Of a stretch of 64,000 nt of DNA, positions 49,461-59,862 are shown in pieces. Origin of the DNA: Felis catus (taxonomy: Eukaryota); assembly GCF_018350175.1 (NCBI RefSeq), contig NC_058382.1, forward strand, positions 56,484,001-56,548,000, read 5' to 3'. The translations under genes and the position numbers were made by a program. Position 1 is the stretch's first letter. Each line of letters begins with the position of its first letter. The notes beneath the pieces were generated by a model. That model searched no databases. It was not told where the DNA came from and was given only the letters and a program-made list of their open reading frames with translations.

Positions 49461-49892
49461 GTGTTCTAAACATTAAAAAAATGAGCCGCAGCTTCCTAAA
49501 GCCAGCTTTTTCCTTAGATGCCCGAGACCGTGAACCCTAATCAGAAACTTAATGTTACAGAGAATTTTCTGTTTGTTTCACAAAAAAAAAACAAAACAAA
49601 AAACAAAACAAAACAAAACAAAAACCTTTAAGGATAACTGGAAGCTCCTATTTATTTAGCATTTTTTATGTGTCAGGTATTTTGTTGAGTGCTTTACAAA
49701 CATCATGTATTTTACCCCACATAAACCCTGTGAGATAGGTGCCCCTCTCCCCTCTTAAAGATGAGGACTCTAAATCTGAAGTCCGTGCTTAGAACCTGAG
49801 CCCTTTCCTGGTTCTGAGACTTGATTAGCAAGATTAAAAGTGAAGCTTCAGAGAAAAAGCGGACACTGATAACATTGAGGGCTCAGAAAACA

Positions 49893-50265
49893 GGGGCACC
49901 TGGGGGACTCAGTCAGTTGAGAATCCGACTCTTTTCATTTTTAATTTTTTAATGTTTATTTATTTTTGTAAGAGAGAGAGAGTCAGGGAGGGAGGGGCAG
50001 ATAGAGAGGGAGACACAGAATCCAAAGCAGGCTCCCCAAGCGGTCAGCACAGAGCCCACCACCGGCTCGAACCCACAAACCGGGAGATCATGACCTGAGC
50101 CAAAGTTGGACACTCAACCGACTAAGCCACCCAGGCGCCCTGCATCCGACTCCTGATTTGGGCTCAAATCATGATCTCACAGTTCGAGGGGTAGAGCCCT
50201 GTGTCGGGCTGTGTGCTGACAGAGCCTGCTTGGGATTCTCTCTCTCCCTCTTTCTGTGCCCCTAC

Positions 50266-50319
<54 letters not shown>

Positions 50320-50343
50320 ATAAATAAACATAAAAAAAAAAAA
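49893..50343 (+). mobile_element. Can-SINE split by an antisense SINE
   Basis: Head at 49893-49933, body resumes at 50142 (catccgactcctgatttgggctcaaatcatgatctc...), long (CT)n, A tail. Confidence 0.9.
49935..50140 (-). mobile_element. Can-SINE inserted antisense inside another SINE
   Basis: Flanked by duplicated atccgactc (49923 and 50144). Confidence 0.92.
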
Positions 50344-50629
50344 GGGAACGAAATTTGAAGAGTCCAAGTTCCCTACTGTGGAATTCTGTCAAGTGCATTG
50401 AGACTCTTTTTTTAATCCAAAACTCAGAGGCCTGGGAGAGGGGAAAAGCCAGCCACTGGCTGTGCTGCAGTACCGATGACCCTGTCATACTTAACGCTCA
50501 CGTGCTTCCCATTAATCATCAACACTGAGAGGTGCCAGATGTCCTGAAGTTTAACACACTCCCGTGACTCCCCACTTGCGATAAACCGTAGCCAATCTGC
50601 AGTCAATTTTAATCGAAACTTCATAGATG

Positions 50630-51515
50630 CATTTCAACTCTGAAATTAACACATGCCCATTATAGAAGATCTAGAAGAGTGTAGAGAAGCAGAGTAAAAA
50701 AAAAATATCACTGCTAATCTTTCAGCGTAATCTTAATTGTGTAATGTCTTTGCCTCTTCTTCGAAAAAGGCATTATACTTCACGTACTATTTTGCAGTCA
50801 AACGTTTACTTCATACTATGAACACCATACCATTCACATATTTTCTCATTCCCTAAAGTGTTTCTGCAACGTCGTGTTCTACTTTGTGTCGAGCCACCCA
50901 GGCGCCCCATGTAATTTTTCCTGTTTGTAAGCAGTATTGAAATGAATATGCATGTTATCAAACACCCCCCACCCCACCTGCTCGTCCCTGAGACACACAG
51001 ATATCCCCCAGGCTGAATCTCTATATGCAACATCACTTGTTTTCAAGGCTTGGGATGCATATTGACAAATTGCCTTCCAGAAAGATGTTTTAGTGTCATC
51101 AGTAATGCATGAGTATTTGTTTCCTTATGTTTGACAAACACTGACTATTAGGTTTTCCTAATTATTGTGGCAATGTTGGAAGCAAAAAGTTACCTCATTT
51201 AATTTTATAATGCTTGTTGCTGTTTTGTTTTCTGGTTTTGTTAATTGTTGTTTTGTCCTTATTGATTTTTAACCGGCTCTTTATATATTCAAGATGGTAA
51301 ACATCTGTTTTGTATGACACAACCACTTTTCCCAGTTTTCTATTTATTTTATTTATGATATTTTAGTCATACAAAAACTTGCTTTTGAGTTTTTTAATCT
51401 CTCAATAATTCACTTAATTTATATCTTTAATACCAGTTTAGAAAGGCCTTCCCCACTCTATCACATAAATATTCAATGGGGGTTTTTTCTCCTAATACTT
51501 TAATCCACCTGGAAT
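50630..51515 (-). mobile_element. Old L1ME-type fragment
   Basis: T-rich degenerate motifs (tgacaaattgccttccagaaag, ctctttatatattcaagat, gtttagaaaggccttcccca, tttaatccacctggaattta). Confidence 0.6.
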
Positions 51516-51518
51516 TTA

Positions 51519-51655
51519 TTAGGCTATACTTTAAATGTTTATATATCAACCTTGATTTTTGGAGAATATCTGTTTTATAAAACACATTTTAATACTTATT
51601 TAACAAAATGACTTTAGATCTATCAACTGAAAAAAAAAAAAAAGATACTGCATTC
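51519..51655 (+). repeat. Donor copy of ~137-bp local duplication
   Basis: ttaggctatactttaaatgtttatatatcaaccttgatttttggagaatatc...gatactgcattc is repeated at 54027-54165. Confidence 0.97.
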
Positions 51656-52859
51656 TTTCCCTTCTCTTTCTCTGAATTTTGCTTTTGGAGACGGAGAACA
51701 ACAAGTGAAAATAAAATCCTCAGTAATTTTCTCCTACAAGCTTTGTTTTCGAAAGTATTATATTTCTCATCTTTGTACAAAAATCCCCTTAACCCTTGTA
51801 TGTATCCTTAATTGATCTGGTGCAATTCCAATATCCATGATTTATATAAATTCTACTTGAACCAATTAAAATTTTCAGCTTGTGTCCCCTCTTGGGGTAG
51901 AGGGTATTCACTAGGACTTTACCCAAGCTGCTTAAATAAAATTATTTTGAATATCTGCATAGATTTCTTACACATAATTAAAATTAGTTCAAAAATTAAA
52001 TAGAAAAATGCCCTCGAAGTCCAGCATGGTTGTGAGCACGCATACATAAGAAAAAAAAATATGCTCTCATTATGTTTGGTGCAAAACACACTTTAAAAGT
52101 AAAATTTCGGATCAACAAAGGAAATACTACAGTCCAAGAGGAACAACTTTTCAAAGAACATTTGATAACAGTATCAAGATCCTTAATTAATAATCTAGCG
52201 AGTCGGAAACTTGAATCTCCCCTTTGATCACTTTTAGAGGGAGCTATAAACACCACATCCAGCCCGTCAAGGGGGAGATGCCACACAGAGCCGTGGAAGT
52301 GAAGGCAGGGGAATGTTAACAAAAGGCTAAAAATATCTTTTCCCTGGGAACTCTCCAGGAGCTAGCCCATAATGAGATTCAACTTAGATAAGTGAATAAA
52401 GCCAAGAAAACTAACTTGAAATGCAAGTAATTGGTGTCAAAGAGAAATCTGGAATAGTGAGATAGGAAAGAAGTTTGAAGGGAGTAATGGCTGACAAGGA
52501 TTAAATCGAGGTACTTCGTCCACCTTCTCAAAAGTCTCGGTAAAGGTCTGTTGGGAGCAAATGAAGGCCAAGGTCACCAAACTCTCCCCTGATCTAACAA
52601 ATCTTGTTTAGAATGTCCTACATGCCAGTAACTGTGCTACACACAGTCCTTTACCTTTTTACTCAAAACAAAAACAAAATGGAGAATGATATCCCGAACA
52701 CCATTTGTTACGTGCGCAAACTGACCTGGGAAGTTGAAATTACTTAATTACACGAATTGTCATGTTACCCTCTTCGCCTAGGGCAGGCTTGGTGTGCACC
52801 TGTTTGGGCTTAATAGTTAATAGTAACACCTGCCTTCATTCTAAAAATGTTACGGTCTG

Positions 52860-53344
52860 ACCCATCCATTAGGGACCACAGTAGCTGCAACGAATCACCA
52901 CAAATGTGCGACTCCGAACAGACACAAATTTGTTATCACACGCTTCCTTAGGTTAGAGTACACCCCGGACGTCACGGAGCTAAAAATCATTGTGCCAGTG
53001 GGCCACCCTTCACTTCTGAAGTCTATGCAGGAGGACACTTGTCTTTTCTAGCATCTAGAGACTGCTCACATTCCTTGGCTGGTGGCCTCCGCCTCTGTTT
53101 TCAAAGCCAGTGATGGTTGCTCAAGTCTGTTCTCACCTTCTGGCTCAGACCTTTCCTCTCCTGCTCTCTTAAGGACGCTTGTGATCATATTGGGCCCACC
53201 CTGATAATCCAGGCTGATCTCACTGTTTTAAGGTCAGCTGATCAGCAACTTTAATTCTGCTTTGCCATGTAAGTTAGCATAGGCACAGGTTCCAGGGAGT
53301 AGGACATAAAGATTTTCAGGAAGACTGTCATCCCACCGGCCACA
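52860..53344 (-). mobile_element. ERVL-MaLR solo LTR (MLT1D-like)
   Basis: cacattccttggctggtggcc...taaggacgcttgtgatcatattgggcccaccctgataatccaggctgatctc...ttaaggtcagctgatcagcaactttaatt...caggttccagggagtagga. Confidence 0.85.
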
Positions 53345-53860
53345 GATGCTCTAAGGTAGCATATCCCTAAATCGGAAGACAGGCTTTCTGATTCAAAGTC
53401 TGGTTGTAATTTCAGTGATCACTGAGGATGTCTTCAATGGGAAAGTCTCGTTTGATCTTTGTGACATGTTGGTAGGTGGGGAGGGTGGGAGAATTGCAAA
53501 CAGAAACTTGGTAAAAATATCCATCAGTGCTTTCTTTATTCAAGACACTTATGTATAGAAGGAATACCTAGAAAACAGTGTTCTTGCCTTTCAGTTGTCT
53601 GTGATCTGACTGGGCCATGAGTACATCCCCCCGCCCCCCCCCCCCCCACAGAATGCAGAAGTCTCTATGAGAGGAGCCTATAATAAATGAATATGATACT
53701 CTATTAATTAACTATGTAAGGAGTCAGATGCAAAACATAAGGGCAGTTTGAGTTTCATACTAACCATACAACTTAGGAATTCATTTTATCTTCTTCTCTC
53801 CTATGACAGGAAACATTATATATTTCCATAGTGGAAAATCTGGTTTTTAAAAATCTTCCA

Positions 53861-54215
53861 GGGGCAGCTGCGTGTCTCAGCCAGTTAAGTGTCTGACTTC
53901 AGTTCAGGTCATGATCTCATGGTTCGTGGGTTCCAGCCCCATGTCGGGCTCTGTGCTGACAGTTTGGAGCCTGGAGCCTGCTTGGGATTCTGTGTCTCCC
54001 TCTCTGTCAGCCCCTCCCTGGCTTGCTTAGGCTATCCTTTAAATGTTTATATATCAACCTTGATTTTTGGAGAATATCGTGTTTTATAAAACACATTTTA
54101 ATACTTATTTAACAAAATGACTTTAGATCTATAACCTAAAAAAAAAAAAAAAAGATATTGCATTCCATCCATTCTGTCTCTTGAAAATAAATAAATGTTA
54201 AAAAAAATTTTTTGT
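53861..54215 (+). mobile_element. Can-SINE carrying a 139-bp foreign insert
   Basis: SINE body 53861-54026 and tail 54166-54215. TSD aatcttcca at 53852-53860 and 54216-54224. Confidence 0.92.
54027..54165 (+). repeat. Recipient copy of the 51519-51655 segment
   Basis: About 5-6 small differences from the donor by eye. Confidence 0.97.
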
Positions 54216-54597
54216 AATCTTCCAACATTCTCAACCTTGAGAGATCATCTATTATAAATAAACCCACAATAGCATCCTTACACAAAAATCTCTGTGGGCT
54301 TTTCTATTTCTATGGAAACCTGGAGCCCATCTACCACGCCCTTGAGGTGGGAGAATTGGCTCATGTTCACACAGGACCCTCATGTCTCTACTCTTGGATA
54401 AAGTATTTTTGCTTTAAACAGATTATGGGTGATTTGCATACCATGTTCCCTTCCCACTCTATTCACCCTGATCATTTGAGAGGCACATTTATAAGAGGGA
54501 AAATTTCTTTCTTTTCTTTTCAGAAAATCTGACGTTCTAGAAGGGAGCATGTTGTAGCTAGGCTAATAGTGTAATATTCCCCAACCTATAGTGTTTT

Positions 54598-54820
54598 ATT
54601 TTATTTTTAAAAATTTTTTAATGTTTCTTTATTTTTGAGACAGAAGGAGATAGAGCGCCAGAGGGGGAAGGGCAGAGAGAGGGAGACGCAGACTTTGAAG
54701 CAGGTTCCAGGCTCTGAGCTGTCAGCACAGAGCCCGACATGGGGCTCAGACTCGTGAACCGTGAGATCATGACCTGAGCTGAAGTCAGACGCCTAACCTA
54801 CTGAGCCACCTAGGTGCCCC
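54598..54820 (-). mobile_element. Can-SINE
   Basis: TSD cctatagtgtttt at 54585-54597 and 54825-54837. Confidence 0.94.
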
Positions 54821-55509
54821 TAAGCCTATAGTGTTTTCATAAGTATTTTCATGTTTATCAGGAAAAAATTTATAATAAGCTCATCGTATCCCTAAATTCA
54901 TGGATAGTTTTGCCTTGAATGAGGCAACAATGAAACATAGCCATGTAAAGCTATTTACTATGAAGCAAATAACACAGTAAAGAAAATAAAACAAAAACGC
55001 AAAGGAAGCCCATGAAAGACCATTTGGCAAATGAGGGCAGAGTGGAAGAAAGCATGAATTTTAGAGTCAGACCTCAGTTTGGATCCCGCTGGATCACAGA
55101 CTAGCTTTTGCTTATAGACCAGTACTTAATATTTCTCTGAGTTTTGCTGCAGTGGGTGTTTCTACAGGTTGTTTTGAGCCAAATGAGACAATGCATAAAA
55201 AGCCCAGACGTGCATTGGACACCAGATAAACATTAGTTCCCTTCTTTAAAAGGCAAGTAACTGATTTAACGTAGTTAGGTATTATTTACCACTGTGGTTC
55301 TTATTTCATGGATTAAGACTGCACGAAGAGTCACCTGACTGACAGTCCGTGGAGTTCAGACCGACTGTCAGCTCGTACCTGCCAGGGATGGACAGAAAGG
55401 ACAGATGGCCAGAGCCGAGGCCAAACTTTGGACTCCAGTCTCTTAAAGAGGTACTGCCTCTTCATGCAATCAGTATTAAATCAGCTTTGTGCCATCAGTG
55501 TTAAATCAG

Positions 55510-56050
55510 GTGGCTGTTATGTGCAGACAGTGGGTCTCAGCCTTAGGGATTCGTTAATGGTCAAGAACATTCATCACACCTCTGCCTTCATGGGACCAGT
55601 CAGAGAGGCAGACGTTAATTGAGTTGTCACACAAATAAATATGCTATACTATGGGAAATGCCGTAAAGGAAGGGTACCATACCACGGGACTGTAAACCAG
55701 GGACAGGCTCGTTAGTCTGGAGGACTAGGGAAGCATCTTCTTTGCTAGTGATATCTGAGCTGAGATCTGAAGGATAAATAGGGTCGACCAAGGACGGCAG
55801 GTGGGAGGATCACGTGTGAAAGTACCTGTGCTGGGAAGGAGCAGCGTAAATTGGGAAAACGGAAAAAAGATTTGTGTAGTTTGATACTAAGGACAAAGGG
55901 CATCTCTTAGGACATGAAATGAGTTTGGAGAACTGGGCTGGGGCCAGATGATAAAAAGACTTGTCTAAGTAAAGGAATGAGAAACTCCTGAGGGATGTCC
56001 ATTATGGGGTGACATAAATTAATTAAAAATCTGAAAAGATACCCTGGAAG
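55510..56050 (-). mobile_element. L2 fragment
   Basis: ctctgccttcatggga...gtgatatctgagctgagatctgaaggataaatagg...gggctggggccagatgat pattern. Confidence 0.6.
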
Positions 56051-56052
56051 CC

Positions 56053-56340
56053 TGTATTAGTCAGTGTTCTCCAGAGAAATAAAAGAGATAAAGAGATAGA
56101 TAGATAGATAGACAGATAGATATACACACATATACATACATCTTTATACAAAAGGATTTATTGTAAGCAATTGGCTCACACAGTTAAGGAGGCTGAGAAG
56201 TCCCGCGACTTCTGCAAGGCTGGTTCTGCAAGCTGGTTGTGTAATTGAGTCCAAGTCGAAAGGCCTGAGATCCAGGAAAGTCCAATGGGCTGATTGCAGT
56301 TCGGGCCTGAAAGCCTGAGGAGGAGGAACACCCAGGGCAC
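56053..56340 (-). mobile_element. MLT2-type ERVL LTR fragment with (GATA)n
   Basis: tgtattagtcagtgttctccagagaaa...ggatttattgtaagcaattggctcacacagttaaggaggctgagaagtccc. Confidence 0.8.
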
Positions 56341-56486
56341 ATTGTCCAGGGCGGTGACCAGTACTGGGCTCTTGAATGTGACTAACACAATGAAAGAACT
56401 AGATTTTTTTTTATTTTATTTATCTTTATTAATTTAAATTTAAATAGCCATATGTGGCTAGTGGCTTCCAAATTGGACAGTGTAGG
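56341..56486. mobile_element. MER3/MER33-like hAT-Charlie fragment
   Basis: ttaatttaaatttaaatagccatatgtggctagtggct...ttggacagtgtag. Confidence 0.7.
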
Positions 56487-56487
56487 T

Positions 56488-56711
56488 TTGTTTTTTAATT
56501 TTTAATTTTTTTTTTTTTGAGAGAGAGGGAGAGAGAGAGAGAGAGAGAGAGAATGGATGGGGGAGGGGCAGAGAGAGGGAGACACAGAATCTGAGGCTGG
56601 CTCCAGGCTCCCAGCTGTCAGCACAGAGCCCGACGTGGGATTCGAACCCATGCACTGTGAGATCATGACCTGGGCCAAAGTCGGACGCTGACTGAGCCAC
56701 CCAGGCCCCCC
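56488..56711 (-). mobile_element. Can-SINE
   Basis: Flanks share gacagtgtag. Reverse-complement SINE with (GA)n. Confidence 0.93.
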
Positions 56712-57282
56712 TAGACAGTGTAGTTTTAATATGTGACCCTGTTCTATGCCTTCATGTTGCTTCTCTCTAACTGAAATTACTTTACTCCTGTGTTTTACAT
56801 TGCCTATTACCTGTCTCTTTCATGCCGGAATATCTTGTTGACTGCTAGATTTGTAACACTCAGGGTAGGGACTGACATATATTCATATCTCAATGAACTT
56901 TCTGTTAAATTGACTTTCAAATTAATAAATGCCCCTTAAGAGCACTTCGCTATTTTTGAATGCTGTTCCAAAGCACTTAGCTTCTAATGATCTTGCTGTC
57001 CACTGAAAAATCCAGAAATCAAAGTCTGGGTAGTATGGTAACACAAAATGCTATCAGGTTGTGTGCTGACATTGTTGGTTTTATCAGATTCAGCTGGACG
57101 TTTCGTAGTCACCCTAATCAGTTATATCTCCTTAGTTTCTGTGTGTCTTTCCCTTATGTTGAGATGGATCTGGAGTCTACCCTCCCAGTTCCAACATTTT
57201 GCACACTTGGGGAAATGTGGATTCTGTTCCTCTAGCCTACTTGTGGCTTCCGACACTGCCCAAAGCTTGTTCAACGGGGAAG

Positions 57283-57671
57283 TGTTGGAGAGGGTCATCG
57301 AGAGTTCATGAGCCAGGTCGTGACCTCCGGTTGACCCGGAAGCCGGATTCAGGCAATCGATCAGAGAGGTTCCTCTCGCCTTCCCCGTCCTTGGAAGATA
57401 AGGTCTGCCCACCATTCCCACAGTGGGAGCTGTTTTCAAGGATGCAGCTTTGAGAGAGCGATGTGTTGCTGGGCCAATGGATGGTACACTTGATCGAGCC
57501 CTGCGAGGGCCTCTGTGTAAACTTTCGGAATTCTGGGGGGCGGTGCAGAGATCTCCCTGTCTTGCAGCTGCCTAAGATAAGCTCCGTAAGTAAGCTCCCT
57601 TGCTTGTTAACGTTGCCACCTACCCATCAGGGACCCTCGGTCTCTCCCTGCCCTACGTGTACAAACCAACA
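57283..57671 (+). mobile_element. ERV solo LTR (389 bp)
   Basis: Inverted termini TGTTGG...CCAACA and 5-bp TSD ggaag / agaag. Family not assigned and orientation tentative. Confidence 0.7.
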
Positions 57672-59671
57672 AGAAGCTTAGGGTTCAGATCCCAGATATT
57701 TGTTGTCTTTAGACATAGGGGTTTTGGTTGAGTAAAAGTCAAGTCTTTGGCTATTCTGGGAGGACAAAAGGTCAGGCCGTCCTTATTACACAAAATTGCC
57801 CCAAGGTTTTGTTTGCTTTCCTTGGTTTAGTAGAATTTGCATAGCGTGTTAAAAAAAAGCATCAAAGTATAGTTCATTCTCTGTGAGCTCTCTTTTGTGC
57901 GCAGATGTGAAAAGCCTCTCCCCATTTATTTGCTAGTGAAAGGATGAATACTACAGAAAAAAGTGAAAAAGAATATTCTGCTCAAGCTCACCTGGGTTCG
58001 TTTTTTTGCTTATCACCTTCAAATTCTGTGCACAGACGTACGTTACACATGCATGATGACCATGCTCTTTTGCGTGTTCACGCACAATATTCTAAGGGGT
58101 CAACAAGGTTAAATCACGATTTTATCCAATGGCTGTATTCTCTTATGTCGTAAGAACATTCATTCAACCAGTCCCCCCTGCTTGGGCATTTAGCGGACGC
58201 CAGTGGTGATTCATTGTCCTAATCATGAAATAACCCTACAGTGAATGTGTTCCTACACGTAAGTGCCTCCAAACGCAAACCCACCCGGAAGTGGTATCCA
58301 GATGGAACAAAGCGTGGGAGCCCTTAATAGCTTTTGTGGAATTCTCCCACATTTCTTTCGAAAGGATGATCGCCGTTTGAAGCACCATCCGGTGGGGTAC
58401 AACCGTGCTGATTTGTAACAGAAGTGTTTCTCTTCTCCTTTCCTAATTCGGGCTTGTTTTGACAATAGTGCCGATAACAATACGACTAGCAACAATGGCA
58501 GCAGCTCATATTCTTGGGGTATATACCATGGGAGAGCATTAGAGTAGGTGCTTTAAAAACATTGTGGGTAATGGTTAAAACTATAAACCCTGGAGGCTGA
58601 CTTCATGAGGTCAGATCCAGATTCTACCCCTTAACCTCTAATTTGCTTCCGTTCCCTGCTTGCCAATGATTCACAGGCTCACTAGGAAGACCAGATGAGT
58701 TTATCGAGTAGTAAGCCCAGTAAAGCACTGGATAATGTTGATTCTTATTCCTAATTGTGGGTGGTTTTATTAACATCATTTCACAGGTGAGAAAATGAGA
58801 GAGTAGGGCTATGGCTCAAGGCCACCTGGCTCGCGAAAAGCGGGGCTTGTACCCGCAGAAGCCCTTTCCCCAAGGTTTGCGACTGCGGGGAAATACTCAG
58901 CCTCGTCCAGCACAGGGACCAGCACTGACATCCCGGGAGAAGTTAGGGTTGCCGCCGAGTTAGACTAAGGCAGAATGAGGCACAGAAAAGGAGAGCATAA
59001 GGTCACGGTAACTCACTGGAGATGCCATGATGTAGCTCCTTGTTTCCAAGATCAACAATAAAGCTGGGGTTTGGGAGGGGGGCGATTATTTTCTTCATCC
59101 TTGCAAACGGAAGGTAGTTCTGTATGGAAGCGTTTTGTGGGATTGTGAAATACCCCCTCGATTACAGGGGCCCTGTGGGCAGCGATCCCGAGGTCTTGTT
59201 CGGGACCCGTGCAAATGCCTTCCTTGCCTTGGGAAGGCCCTCTCTAGATATTTACTGACCCGAATTTCTGCTAAACATTGTCATAAACGCTTTCAGTTAT
59301 TTCTTAATGTACTCTGTTCATAACTGCTTAGTCAATTATTTTTATTAGCATAACGTTCCTTTTAAGCATAATGACGTTGGGGAAAAAACCAGAAACATTG
59401 TAAGCACATTTTCTCAGCTCTGGCTGATTGTGAGTGTTTTCTCTCTTTTCTTTTTCTTTTTTGGACTTCCTTTGCAGATTTGATGAATTAATTGTGAACT
59501 TCCCAGGGGGGAACCTAATATGAACTGAAATTTGTCGTTTATTCTATAATGTTGCGGTTCTATTCTAGTTCCAGTGACTATCCATTGAGACCGAAGCTTG
59601 AATATTGCCAAGGGCTCCTAAAATTGCTGGCATAACCTACTTTCTCCAGAGAACCTGACTTCAATTTTCAT

Positions 59672-59717
59672 AATGAATTAACGCCTTCTCTCTCCCCCGA
59701 TTTCTTTGCTCCAATAG
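59672..59717 (+). promoter_or_regulatory. 3' splice site region of the CDH13 exon: candidate branch point (TTAAC, A at 59681), polypyrimidine tract and AG
   Basis: ttaac followed by gccttctctctcccccgatttctttgctccaatag directly before the exon. Confidence 0.7.
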
Positions 59718-59862
59718 CTCTTTGTGGAGACCACTGATGTCAATGGCAAAACTCTCGAGGGGCCGGTTCCTCTGGAGGTCATCGTGATTGACCAGAATGA
59801 CAACAGACCGATCTTTCGGGAGGGCCCCTACATTGGCCATGTCATGGAAGGATCACCGACAG
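59718..59862 (+). CDS. CDH13: Cadherin-13 (T-cadherin) internal coding exon, 145 bp, end of EC1 / start of EC2 (probably orthologous to human exon 6)
   Basis: Translation [48 protein letters not shown](G) matches the T-cadherin sequence as I recall it and contains the cadherin Ca2+-binding DxNDN motif (DQNDN). Acceptor ...ctccaatAG at 59716-59717 (phase 0), donor G|GTATGT at 59863 (phase 1). Exon number is from memory. Confidence 0.96.

Larger units (their letters stand above)
1..59717 (+). other. CDH13: Intron of CDH13 upstream of the exon (partial, large intron)
   Basis: No other cadherin-coding exon is visible. CDH13 is known to have very large introns. Repeat-rich non-coding composition. 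Inference from the exon. Confidence 0.8.
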
